A stretch of 32,000 nucleotides of DNA from Candidatus Methanophagaceae archaeon (GCA_003194425.1 PQXB01000001.1:790444-822443), one strand, 5' to 3'. Shown: positions 14,725 through 22,820, counted from the stretch's first letter. The notes: generated by a model not told the origin, from the letters alone. Numbers and translations: made by a program.

Positions 14725-15876
14725 ATGCCTGATAAATTCAACGAGCGGGCGAACGCATTAGCCGCGGAATATTGGCGATTAAAAGGCGTAGGCAGCACCG
14801 TTGCCGGCACTGCCGACGGCACCGGCACTGCCGCCGAGAAAAACGCAGAAAATAAGTTAGCGGATTTGGAGGAGATTGAAAAATTATTGGAGCAGGGGGT
14901 GGGGGGGAAGTTAAGGGCGAAGTTGGACGCGGAGGCGAGGCGGCTGCGAAGGGAGAAGGAAGAGCGGAGCAGTGCGTCGCAGGGGTTGGTGGAGGTCAGG
15001 AAGGAGCTGTTGGAGCTGACTGCGGAGTTCGCCCCGAACCTCGACCTCTTTGACGGGCGTTCCTTTCCGTACGACAGCGAGCACGAGCCGATTTCTGAAG
15101 ATTATTTCTCCGCGATTACCGACCTCTTTCTCGGTAAGCCACAGCCAAGCGTCCAATTGAAGAACGCGGTCTTCTCTAAAGACGGCGTTGAAATTTGGTC
15201 CGAGACAGCGGGGGCAGGAGCGAGTTCGTCCTCGTCTTCGGCTTTAAAAGTTTTGGGTGACCTAATAATGTTAATGCAGGAGACCGCGAAGAAGTTGCTC
15301 GGCACGGAGAACAGCATTGACAGGGCTTGTAAAATGCTCAGGCAGAACGAGTACGCTTTTATCGTGTTAAGGACGCTGGTTAGAGACGGAAAAGGAAACG
15401 GAGCAGGAAGGCGACTTCGGATGCGGCAGATAAAAGAAATCTCCTACAACGAGGACAAGGAGTACAAAGAGCTGGTGAGGAATATTTACGACAAAGAGCT
15501 CGTTAAGGGCGTTGAATATTTGCTCAGCGGCAAGTGGGAACACGAGTTGGTCAGGGCGCACGACGGCGAGTACGACGACCGAGAGTACGAACCGACGGAC
15601 TTTGGCGTGTGGGTGTGGCGGATTTGCAACGCCGAGTTCGAGAGCGGAGGTGCAAGGGTGGGAAAGCGGAGAGTGTGGGGAGAAAGGCGAGAAAAGGGGG
15701 AGAGGAAAGAAAAGGGTGGGAGGAGAGAGAAGAAAGAAAAGGGTGAGAGGGGGGACAGAGGAGAGAGGGGGAACAAAGGAGAGAGGGGGAACAAAGGGGA
15801 GAGAGAGGAGAAAGGAGAGAGGAAAAGCATTTCAATGAAAATAGTAAAGTTTTTAAAGAAAGAGAAGATAAAGTAG
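14725..15876 (+). CDS. Hypothetical protein (383 aa): N-terminal coiled-coil, possible winged-helix-like region, C-terminal G/E/R/K repeat tail. First gene of the CetZ cassette.
   Basis: Long ORF with a purine-rich leader (aaggagagagggagaagggagggagaagga) directly before the ATG. No family recognised. Confidence 0.6.
   Translation: MPDKFNERANALAAEYWRLKGVGSTVAGTADGTGTAAEKNAENKLADLEEIEKLLEQGVGGKLRAKLDAEARRLRREKEERSSASQGLVEVRKELLELTAEFAPNLDLFDGRSFPYDSEHEPISEDYFSAITDLFLGKPQPSVQLKNAVFSKDGVEIWSETAGAGASSSSSSALKVLGDLIMLMQETAKKLLGTENSIDRACKMLRQNEYAFIVLRTLVRDGKGNGAGRRLRMRQIKEISYNEDKEYKELVRNIYDKELVKGVEYLLSGKWEHELVRAHDGEYDDREYEPTDFGVWVWRICNAEFESGGARVGKRRVWGERREKGERKEKGGRREKKEKGERGDRGERGNKGERGNKGEREEKGERKSISMKIVKFLKKEKIK
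15760..15795. repeat. 18-bp in-frame tandem duplication (ggagagagggggaacaaa x2)
   Basis: Copies at 15760-15777 and 15778-15795. They encode GERGNKGERGNK. Confidence 0.95.
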
Positions 15877-15901
15877 AAGGAAAGCGGATAAAAAAGAGTA
15901 A

Positions 15902-16654
15902 ATGAGAGAAGGGAAAGGAAGCGGGAAAGAGGAGAGGGCGGAGAGGGAGAAAGCCGTTGCCTACTTAAGATCACGAATATTTCCGTGGAATTTCATCTTT
16001 GAGCAGACAGAGGAGGACGCGATAAAACATTTCGTTGGCTACGCAATTCAGGTCTGCGAGGGCAAGGGAATTGAGAAGGGACGGGTAAGCGACGGCGTGA
16101 ACGAGGTAAAAGCGTTGCTTACAACGGAAGTGCGAGAGGCGGTGAACGACTACCTGCTTGAAGCAGACGACCCGGAAATGAGGAAAATGCACGGTGAATT
16201 CGCTGCAGCCTACCCCTTCGCGTTCAGTCAGTGCCTGGTGCACACGATTTTGTGCAGGCTCGGGCTTGAGTTGGCGGATTTGGTAGATTTAAGAGCGGTT
16301 AGCGAGTTGTTGGGGCGGAGTGTAAAAGAGATGAGAAAGAATGAACTTTTCGTTAGAGACCAAATCTCAAAGAACGAGCGAAAAGCGATGCAGATTTTTG
16401 CTAATTTTATTCTGAACCGGCAGGTTCTAACCGCGGACGGTGAGTGCGTTGGGCGTGTTAGCGACATTATTTTTGAGGCGGAGACCGGAGATGTGGGGGG
16501 GCTGATTGTAAATCATCAGAAGCAAAAGGGAAGAGGAGCGAGAGGAGCGAGAGGAGCGGGCTTGAAGGTGAAGAAGACCAAGATTTCTATGCACGATGTG
16601 AGATTGAATAAATATAGCAAGAACATTGTTTTAAATTATACAAGTTACAAATAA
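15902..16654 (+). CDS. PRC-barrel domain protein with an unknown ~170-aa N-terminal domain
   Basis: 250 aa. C-terminal LNRQVLTADGECVGRVSDIIFEAETGDVGGLIVNH...ISMHDVRLNKYSKNIVLNY fits the PRC-barrel pattern (G..V....G..lG.v.dv.id..tg.v..lvv). Confidence 0.6.
   Translation: MREGKGSGKEERAEREKAVAYLRSRIFPWNFIFEQTEEDAIKHFVGYAIQVCEGKGIEKGRVSDGVNEVKALLTTEVREAVNDYLLEADDPEMRKMHGEFAAAYPFAFSQCLVHTILCRLGLELADLVDLRAVSELLGRSVKEMRKNELFVRDQISKNERKAMQIFANFILNRQVLTADGECVGRVSDIIFEAETGDVGGLIVNHQKQKGRGARGARGAGLKVKKTKISMHDVRLNKYSKNIVLNYTSYK
16532..16558. repeat. 9-bp in-frame tandem repeat x3 (agaggagcg)
   Basis: Units at 16532-16540, 16541-16549 and 16550-16558. They encode GARGARGAG inside the PRC-barrel domain loop. 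Confidence 0.95.
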
Positions 16655-16729
16655 AGGCAAGGCGAGGCGAAGAGAAAGGAGAGAGGAGAAAGAGGCGAAG
16701 GACGAAGAAGGAGAAAGGGAAGAGAAGAA

Positions 16730-17947
16730 ATGAGGGTATTTGTGATTGGCTACGGGCAGGCGGGCGGAAGAGTGGCGGACGCTTTTTACGAGTACGCCAA
16801 GCGGACGGGTCAGAATTTCATCGTTCGCGCGTTAGCAATTAACACCGCGAGGTCAGACCTGCTCGGAATAAAAAGCATTCCGATGAGGGACAGGCTACTC
16901 GTAGGGGACGCGATGACAAAGGGGCACGGAATCGGGGCGGACAACGAAATGGGGGCGAAGGTCGCGACCGACGAACTTTACACGATTCAGACCGCGATCG
17001 ACAAACGCGGGACGCACGAGGTTGACGCATTTCTGATAATTGCCAGCTTGGGCGGCGGGACAGGCTCGGGTGGTGCTCCAGTCTTGGCACGGCGGCTGCG
17101 GAGTTTGTACGACGAGCCTGTTTACGGGCTTGGAATTCTGCCTGCAAAGGAGGAGGGCAGTCTGTACTCGCTGAACGCTGCACGGAGTCTGATGACTTTC
17201 GTGAACGAGGTAGACAACCTTTTCCTCTTCGACAACGACGCGTGGAAGACGAGCGGGGAGACGCTAAAAGAAGCGTTCCAGGGCATAAACGAGGAGATTG
17301 TGCGGCGATTCGGAATTCTCTTCGGTGCTGGCGAGGCGAACGAAGTAGGGCAAATGGTCGTCGACGCCGCAGAGGTGATGAACACGCTCAGGGGCGGCGG
17401 AATCTCGACGATCGGCTACGCTGCGGAGGAGATAAAAGGGAGGGGAAAAGGAGGCGGAAATGGTGGCGGAAGTGGAAGCGGCGGTGGTGGGGGAAGGGGG
17501 CTGTTAAAGAGGCTCTTTGGCAGAGGCAAGAGTGACGAGTCGATGGAGAAGATGGACGCAACCACGAGGATTACTTCTCTCACCAGGCGAGCGGCAGCGG
17601 GCAGACTCACGATTCCGTGCGATGTTACAACCGCGGAGAGGGCGTTGGTAATCGCTGCGGGTCCGCCTGGGGAGTTGAACAGGAAGGGAGTAGAGAAGTC
17701 GAAGGAGCGGGTAGAGGATTTGATACGAGGGACTGAGGTGCGGGGCGGGGATTTCCCGCTCGTAAAGAGCCGCTACGTCTCGACAGTCGTTCTCTTTTCC
17801 GGCGTCTCAAATATTCCACGAGTAAAAGAGATTCAAGAACTCGGTGCAGGTGCGTTAGAGAAGATTGAGGAGATTTCAAGCGAGAAGGAGAAGGACTACG
17901 AGGAGCTGCTGGACACGAAAGGGACGATAAAACCGCTGTTTAAGTGA
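16730..17947 (+). CDS. cetZ: CetZ-type tubulin/FtsZ-superfamily GTPase
   Basis: 405 aa. MRVFVIGYGQAGGRVADAF, INTARSDL, KGHGIGADNEMGA, tubulin signature SLGGGTGSGGAPVLA, EPVYGLGILP, LNAARS and FDNDAW are near-collinear with haloarchaeal CetZ1 as I remember it. A glycine-rich insert (GRGKGGGNGGGSGSGGGGGRG) precedes the C-terminal region. Confidence 0.85.
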   Translation: MRVFVIGYGQAGGRVADAFYEYAKRTGQNFIVRALAINTARSDLLGIKSIPMRDRLLVGDAMTKGHGIGADNEMGAKVATDELYTIQTAIDKRGTHEVDAFLIIASLGGGTGSGGAPVLARRLRSLYDEPVYGLGILPAKEEGSLYSLNAARSLMTFVNEVDNLFLFDNDAWKTSGETLKEAFQGINEEIVRRFGILFGAGEANEVGQMVVDAAEVMNTLRGGGISTIGYAAEEIKGRGKGGGNGGGSGSGGGGGRGLLKRLFGRGKSDESMEKMDATTRITSLTRRAAAGRLTIPCDVTTAERALVIAAGPPGELNRKGVEKSKERVEDLIRGTEVRGGDFPLVKSRYVSTVVLFSGVSNIPRVKEIQELGAGALEKIEEISSEKEKDYEELLDTKGTIKPLFK

Positions 17948-17965
17948 GATGCGAGGAGAAGAGAG

Positions 17966-18820
17966 ATGGGGATAAAATTGAAGGGACTGGTTGCAATCGT
18001 GGTGGTGTCGCTTTTCTTGACGCCGTTTTGCGTCGGAGTCGGTGGCGTCGGAGTCGGTGGGGTGGATTTAGAGAAGTCCAAGTTCGTGGAGGTCAAAGGG
18101 TCGCCCTCTGTGCAGTGTGAGGAAATAGCGGGGAAGATAAAAGCAGGGAGCGAAGTTTCGGTAACCGTCGTCCTAACGAACTTCAGTCAGGAAATAGAGG
18201 AATCTACGCTAGTCTTTTACTCGGACTTGGAGGACGCGGGAGGGCATGTCGGCGACGGCTCGCGTGTAATCAAAGACCGTGGCTCTTTTACGGTGAGACA
18301 CCGAGAGTTCAAAGACAAAGACAAAGAGCTGCGAATTGTCTGGTCGGGAAAGGCGCCGGAGTTGAAGACACAGCAGAACACGACTTTGCTGAGCATAACG
18401 CAGGAAATAACAGGGGAATATTTGGTAGTCAGTGTAAGGCGGGAGGTGTCTTCGGAGGAAATTGAGGAGGCGCTAAATGCCTTGAGCGAGGCGAGGGCGG
18501 AAATAGAAAATGCAAATTCCGCGATCTCTAACGCCACAAAGCACGGTGTCGAGGTCTCTGAAGCGGAGACGAATTTGGAAAATGCCAATTTCCATTTTAG
18601 AGACGCTAACAACTCCTACTGGCAAGGCAGAGCAGGAGAGTCGGTAACAGCGGCGAGAGAGGCTGCTCATTTTGCAAGGCTTGCCAAAGAGCGAGCAGAA
18701 TCGGGAAGTGCGTCGGTGAAGTGCAGGAATTACGGCGTTCTGGTGGGTGTGGTGGTTCTTGCGGTTGCGGTGCTCGTGTTTTTGATTATAAAACGGGGCA
18801 GGAAGCGGGGGATTTATTAA
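17966..18820 (+). CDS. Predicted surface-exposed single-pass membrane protein: N-terminal signal/anchor, beta-rich domain, helical domain, C-terminal TM plus basic tail
   Basis: 284 aa. N-terminal hydrophobic LVAIVVVSLFLTPFCVGVGG. C-terminal YGVLVGVVVLAVAVLVFLII followed by KRGRKRGIY. Starts 18 nt after the cetZ stop. Confidence 0.6.
   Translation: MGIKLKGLVAIVVVSLFLTPFCVGVGGVGVGGVDLEKSKFVEVKGSPSVQCEEIAGKIKAGSEVSVTVVLTNFSQEIEESTLVFYSDLEDAGGHVGDGSRVIKDRGSFTVRHREFKDKDKELRIVWSGKAPELKTQQNTTLLSITQEITGEYLVVSVRREVSSEEIEEALNALSEARAEIENANSAISNATKHGVEVSEAETNLENANFHFRDANNSYWQGRAGESVTAAREAAHFARLAKERAESGSASVKCRNYGVLVGVVVLAVAVLVFLIIKRGRKRGIY
18031..18060. repeat. 15-bp in-frame tandem duplication (cgtcggagtcggtgg x2)
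   Basis: Copies at 18031-18045 and 18046-18060. They encode VGVGGVGVGG. Confidence 0.95.
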
Positions 18821-18823
18821 TTT

Positions 18824-19861
18824 TCAGTCTCTGCTTTTTGTTTTTTTGTCTTGTTTTTTTCGCTCTTTTTTTATTTTTTTCCGCTCTTTCTTCTCCTCCT
18901 TCCGCTCCTCGTACCACCGCAGCACCCCCGCGTTCAGAAGCCAAGTGTTCCCCAAATCCGTCACGAGCCCGAAGAGAAGGACAGCTGAAATGTCCCACAG
19001 GATTGAAATTGAGACGAAATAAGAGACGATGAACATTGCGAAGACCGCGGAGAGCGTCGTGAAAGACATCGTTATGCCGGTTGTCATTGTGTTTCTTATC
19101 TTCTCTTTTAGGTCGCCCTTTTTACGAAGTACATTCGTCGTCAGCAGAATATCGGAGTCCACAGAGTAGCCGATGAGCATAAGCAACGCCGCTACCGTGC
19201 CGAGCGAGAGTTCCATCCCGACCACATTCATACAGGCGAGTGCGATGAGGATGTTAGAGAACGCCGCGAAGACCACTATTAACGGCGGCACGAAAGTTCG
19301 GAAGACCACGAAGACCACGACCGCCATCAAGAAGAACGCGATTAGCACTGCACGGACCGCTTGGGCTTGGTACTGCCTGCCGAAGAGCGGGCTAATGCTC
19401 TGCATTTCGTAAGTTCCCACTCCGTACTCCTCGTTAAGCAGATTTATCAGTTCGTCCTTCTCCGTCCCACTCATTGGACCGAACTCAATCCGTTTCTCGT
19501 TGCCTACGCCCGTACTGCCCACGAGGACGACAGGAAACGGCGAAGGTAACGTCGAGTCCGAGAACTTCGCAGTCAGTTCCTCGCCTGTCTCGTCGGTCCC
19601 GATTTTTACCCAAGTCCCGCCTTTGAAATCCATTCCCAACTGGACGGGCGAGCCGACGCTCAGTTGCGTGTAAGCGAGCACCGCCAAAGCGACGAGCAGA
19701 ATAATTAGCGGCACCGCAACCAGCCTCTTCACCGAATATTTCGTTACATCCAGCCGTTCAAAGAGACCGCTCCCTTCCTGCTCTCTCTCTCTTACTTCTC
19801 CTTTCCTTCGCCCGCCACCTCGCCCGCTCCTACTCCTGCTGCCTCTCTCCCTCTCCTTCAT
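18824..19861 (-). CDS. secF: Protein-export membrane protein SecF
   Basis: 345 aa. Matches include LGMDFKGGT, the GYSVDSDILLT motif, and six TM spans in the SecF arrangement. Charged low-complexity extensions occur at both termini. Confidence 0.8.
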   Translation of the reverse strand: MKERERGSRSRSGRGGGRRKGEVREREQEGSGLFERLDVTKYSVKRLVAVPLIILLVALAVLAYTQLSVGSPVQLGMDFKGGTWVKIGTDETGEELTAKFSDSTLPSPFPVVLVGSTGVGNEKRIEFGPMSGTEKDELINLLNEEYGVGTYEMQSISPLFGRQYQAQAVRAVLIAFFLMAVVVFVVFRTFVPPLIVVFAAFSNILIALACMNVVGMELSLGTVAALLMLIGYSVDSDILLTTNVLRKKGDLKEKIRNTMTTGITMSFTTLSAVFAMFIVSYFVSISILWDISAVLLFGLVTDLGNTWLLNAGVLRWYEERKEEKKERKKIKKERKKQDKKTKSRD

Positions 19862-19866
19862 TTTCT

Positions 19867-19898
19867 ACCTTGTGTTTATTTTTTCACCTTGTGTTTAT
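19867..19898. repeat. Intergenic duplication with 19-bp period (accttgtgtttat x2) just upstream of the secF start
   Basis: Copies at 19867-19879 and 19886-19898. Each is preceded by ttttc. Confidence 0.85.
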
Positions 19899-19923
19899 CT
19901 TTCCAATATCTAAACGAAATGAC

Positions 19924-19935
19924 TTTATATAAAAA
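19924..19935 (+). promoter_or_regulatory. TATA-box-like element (tttatataaaaa) in the secF/tfb divergent intergenic region
   Basis: A/T-rich octamer-type box about 55 nt upstream of the tfb ATG (19990), followed by a purine-rich leader containing ggagg. Confidence 0.35.
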
Positions 19936-19989
19936 TCTAAAATCTGATCGTGGGAGAAAGTTAGGAGGAAGGAGAGAAGGAAAGCAAAA

Positions 19990-21039
19990 ATGGTAGCCTT
20001 TAAGGAGGATAAAGAGGAGTGTGGGAGTAAGAAAAAGAGGGGGGAGGGAAGGAGGGAGGGAAGGAAGGAGGGAGGGAAGGAAGGAGGGAAGGAGGGAAGG
20101 AAGGAGGGAGGGAAGGAGGCGGGGGGAAATGTTAGCGAGGCGGGAGGTAGAGTAGAGTTAGAGACACGAGAATGCCCTGACTGTGGCTCTAAAAATTTAA
20201 TAAGCGATTACTGCAGGGCTGAGATTTTTTGTGCGGAGTGCGGGCTAATAATCGCGGATAATATTGTTGACCTCGGTCCTGAGTGGCGTGCCTACGACGC
20301 TGAGCAGGTGGCGAAAAAGGTGCGGGTCGGAGCGCCGATGACTTACCGAATGCACGACAAAGGGCTGAGCACGGTCGTCAGCCGTGGCGGTTCACAGGGT
20401 CAAGAGCAACACAAAATAAAAACATTGCAACAGCGGCGACACACTACCACGAATACGAATGAAAGGAGTTTTATCTTCGCGCTCTCCGAGATAGACCGGA
20501 TGGCGTGCGCGCTTAAACTGCCCGTAAATATAAGGGAAGCGGCGTCAATGTTGTACCGCCAAGCGATGAAGAAACACTTGATTCGTGGGCGGAGCATTGA
20601 AGGAATAACCTCTGCTATTTTATACATTTCCTGCCGACAGTGCGGCGTGCCAAGAACACTTGAAGAAATGGAGGACATCTCACGAGTTGAGCAGAAGGAA
20701 ATATCCCGTTCTTACAGGTTTCTTTTACGTGAATTAGGCGTGAAACTCTCGCCTGCTTCGCCTGTTGATTTTGTGCCTCGTTTCTGTTCGTTGCTCGAGT
20801 TAGGTAGCGAGACAAGGATAAGAGCAATCGAGATAATAAAAAAAGCGACCGAGGCGGAACTGACAAACGGACGAGGACCAATCGGGATTGCAGCAGCGGC
20901 TATTTACATCGCTGCGATTTTGAGTGGTCAGCACCGCACGCAGAAGGATGTCTCTGTTGTTACCGGCGTTACCGAAGTCACAATTCGGAACAGGTACAAA
21001 GAATTGTCGCAGCAGTTAAATATTGATATTCTTTTGTAA
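19990..21039 (+). CDS. tfb: Transcription initiation factor IIB (TFB)
   Basis: 349 aa. Zn-ribbon CPDCGSKNLISDYCRAEIFCAECGLII, then GPEWRAY, then two cyclin-fold repeats (NIREAASMLYRQA..., IRAIEIIKKA...GRGPIGIAAAAIYIA). About 50 aa of N-terminal (KEGG)n-type extension with no alternative in-frame start seen. Confidence 0.9.
   Translation: MVAFKEDKEECGSKKKRGEGRREGRKEGGKEGGKEGRKEGGKEAGGNVSEAGGRVELETRECPDCGSKNLISDYCRAEIFCAECGLIIADNIVDLGPEWRAYDAEQVAKKVRVGAPMTYRMHDKGLSTVVSRGGSQGQEQHKIKTLQQRRHTTTNTNERSFIFALSEIDRMACALKLPVNIREAASMLYRQAMKKHLIRGRSIEGITSAILYISCRQCGVPRTLEEMEDISRVEQKEISRSYRFLLRELGVKLSPASPVDFVPRFCSLLELGSETRIRAIEIIKKATEAELTNGRGPIGIAAAAIYIAAILSGQHRTQKDVSVVTGVTEVTIRNRYKELSQQLNIDILL
20038..20125 (+). 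repeat. GGA/GGG-rich low-complexity tract (ggaagg/agggag units) in the 5' coding end of tfb
   Basis: ggggggagggaaggagggagggaaggaaggagggagggaagg... was read directly. It holds many GGG runs separated by 1-9 nt on the sense strand. Confidence 0.9.
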
Positions 21040-21061
21040 ACTTTTTCTTGAAAGAAAATCT
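21040..21061. terminator. Possible bidirectional oligo-T terminator between convergent genes
   Basis: ctttttcttgaaagaaaatc: a T-run on the + strand after the tfb stop, and ttttctttc on the - strand after the DUF99 gene stop. Confidence 0.25.
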
Positions 21062-21637
21062 TTACCGAAAGCGGAGTGCCGCTCTCGCCGCCAGTTTCGC
21101 AACCCGCAGCGGCTCTGGCACTTTTCCGTGCGTCGTGAATTTTTTAAGCACCGCAGTAGCCTCGCTCTTCTGCAAACCAAAGAGCCGCACTAAAACCACG
21201 AAACCGCTGCTCAACTTTACAGGAACGCGACTCCCCAGTCGCTTGTAAGCCAGTAGTCGTGAATCTCGCTCGGCGGCTTCGAAATGCCTGGCAATGTGTT
21301 CTTCAAGACCCGCGGATTCCTCGTAAGTCACGCAGACAAGCGGAACTCGCAGCCGTTCGTAGACCGCTCGCAAGTCCACAATGTTGAACCAACTGACGAC
21401 GCAGCCGTTTAGCAGCACCAGATTTATGTCCGCGCGTTGCAGCGACTCGAAGACCTGCAGAACTCCCTGCGTGGCGTCTGCTCCGCCTACGGTCGCCTTG
21501 CCAAACGCAAGACCGTCTACAACAAAATCCGAACGCATCACGACGCCCGCGAGTACAGACTTCTCCCGGTCTCGCCGGAAGCTCTCTGCAATTCCGAGTG
21601 CTCTCAGCCCTTTTTTGTTTATGTGCAGTGGCATCAC
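21062..21637 (-). CDS. UPF0215 / DUF99 family protein (endonuclease-V-like fold family)
   Basis: 191 aa. LRALGIAESF...LAGVVMRSDFVVDGLAFGKATVGGADATQGV...INLVLLNGCVVSWFNIVDL...PLVCVTYE matches the DUF99 pattern (GiDD..f....lvGvv.r....dG.....i.vDG.DaT ... vmLdGi...gfNvvD). Confidence 0.65.
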   Translation of the reverse strand: MMPLHINKKGLRALGIAESFRRDREKSVLAGVVMRSDFVVDGLAFGKATVGGADATQGVLQVFESLQRADINLVLLNGCVVSWFNIVDLRAVYERLRVPLVCVTYEESAGLEEHIARHFEAAERDSRLLAYKRLGSRVPVKLSSGFVVLVRLFGLQKSEATAVLKKFTTHGKVPEPLRVAKLAARAALRFR

Positions 21638-22137
21638 AAATACGACCTGCTCTCCCTCTCTTTCTGCTCCCTGTACCGCCGCCTCGCGAGCGGGTCGCTG
21701 TGAATTTTCTCTAACTCCCTGTCTAACCTGTCGTCCAACTTCGACTGCTGCTCCGAGATGAATTCTTTACAGAGTGTGTGCGTGGAGTCCGAGGAGTACT
21801 GCTGGACGCCGGCCATAATAATCGCCAAATCAGGCTTCTTCTGCGGCGAGACCAAGCCAAACGGGACCGGCGCACCTGCCCCCGCACCTGCCTGCAAAAT
21901 TTTCCGCAGTTCGTCGTCCATCTTCCCCACCTCCAGCCCGAACCCGATTGACTCGTTGCCCCCTGTCTCCTCGATTTTTAACTGCCACACTCGCTCAGGG
22001 CTGGAGACGAACATATCGTACCGCCCCTTTGTATTCCTACCGCTCAGCACGGCCCACTCTGTCTTCTCCTTCTCCTCGCTCTTGTCCCAGTTCTTTTTTA
22101 GGATTCGTGCAATTTCCGCAGACGATTTTACTGCCAT
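21634..22137 (-). CDS. Hypothetical protein (167 aa)
   Basis: ORF whose stop overlaps the downstream DUF99 gene start by 4 nt. Sequence is non-repetitive apart from a short GAGAGA insert. No family recognised. Confidence 0.5.
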   Translation of the reverse strand: MAVKSSAEIARILKKNWDKSEEKEKTEWAVLSGRNTKGRYDMFVSSPERVWQLKIEETGGNESIGFGLEVGKMDDELRKILQAGAGAGAPVPFGLVSPQKKPDLAIIMAGVQQYSSDSTHTLCKEFISEQQSKLDDRLDRELEKIHSDPLARRRYREQKERESRSYL

Positions 22138-22167
22138 TTTTTCCTTTTCCTCTCCTCTTTCTCTCGA

Positions 22168-22253
22168 CGCCAGGGTCAGGATTTGAACCTGAGCGTCCCG
22201 GAAGGGACAGTGGCTCTCGAGGCCACCGCATTTGTCCGCTCTGCCACCCTGGC
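22168..22253 (-). tRNA. tRNA-Ser (anticodon CGA), type II with long variable arm, no intron, no encoded CCA
   Basis: Reverse complement is GCCAGGG-TG-GCA-GAGCGGACAAA-TGC-G-GTGGC-CTCGAGA-GCCAC-TGTCCCTTCCGGGACGC-TCAGG-TTCAAAT-CCTGA-CCCTGGC-G. It has a 7-bp acceptor stem, 3-bp D stem, 5-bp anticodon stem, U33, anticodon CGA, a variable-arm hairpin GTCCC/GGGAC, T-loop TTCAAAT and discriminator G. Confidence 0.92.
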
Positions 22254-22273
22254 TTTTTTTATCCTCTCTGTTT

Positions 22274-22729
22274 TTATTTCAATTCCTTCCTCGCTACAGC
22301 CCCACTTACCCGCAACGCGTTTATTAAATATTCACAAGCCCTGAACGCCGCCTTTCTGTGCCCCGCACCTACCAAAATAGCAACGATGCTCTCCCCAACT
22401 ACCAACGAGCCCTTACGATGCACGATTTCCACAGCCTCAACGCCAAACCGCTCCACCGCCTCTCGTTTCAACTCCTCAAACTCTCTCTCTGCCTTCGCCT
22501 CGTCGCCAACCACAATTTCCAGCCCTTTTATTTTTTTCCCCTCTTCACCCGTTTTGCCTGTCTCCGTGCCTGTCTCCGTGCCTGTCTCCGTGCCTGTCTC
22601 CGTGCCTGTCTCCGTGCCTGTCCCCGCCCGCACTACACCGAGGAAAGACACAATCGCGCCTACCTCCGGCTTCCTCTCCTTTACCGCCCTCGCGAGTTCG
22701 TCAAGGGAAAAATCCTGCTCGGCAATCAT
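22274..22729 (-). CDS. moaE: Molybdopterin synthase catalytic subunit MoaE
   Basis: 151 aa. GAIVSFLGVVR...VEIVHRKGSLVVGESIVAILVGAGHRKAAFRACEYLINALR matches the MoaE core (G.v..F.G.vR ... HR.G.l..ge..v.v.v.s.HR..AF.a....id.lK). It is interrupted by a (TGTE)5 insert. Confidence 0.75.
   Translation of the reverse strand: MIAEQDFSLDELARAVKERKPEVGAIVSFLGVVRAGTGTETGTETGTETGTETGTETGKTGEEGKKIKGLEIVVGDEAKAEREFEELKREAVERFGVEAVEIVHRKGSLVVGESIVAILVGAGHRKAAFRACEYLINALRVSGAVARKELK
22556..22627. repeat. 12-bp in-frame tandem repeat (gcctgtctccgt), 5 perfect copies plus 1 degenerate
   Basis: Units at 22556-22567, 22568-22579, 22580-22591, 22592-22603 and 22604-22615, with a degenerate unit at 22616-22627. 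Confidence 0.95.
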
Positions 22730-22776
22730 TTTTATTTATCAAATCTTTTCCTGCTTATTAAATATTAGGGGACGCG

Positions 22777-22820
22777 AGATGAGGTGGAAGGAGGAGAAAG
22801 ATGAGGTGGAAGGAGGAGAA
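22777..22820. repeat. Perfect 22-bp tandem duplication (agatgaggtggaaggaggagaa x2) containing a start codon
   Basis: Copies at 22777-22798 and 22799-22820. ATGs lie at 22779 (out of frame) and 22801 (start of CDS 22801..23520). Confidence 0.95.

Noticed and set aside
22556-22627. Checked whether this and the other tandem arrays (24128-24219, 608-679, 13375-13437) could be CRISPR arrays
   Set aside because: The repeats are directly abutting with no unique spacers. Units are only 12-23 bp, there are no cas genes, and several arrays are in frame within CDSs. They are microsatellite or minisatellite-type duplications, not CRISPR.
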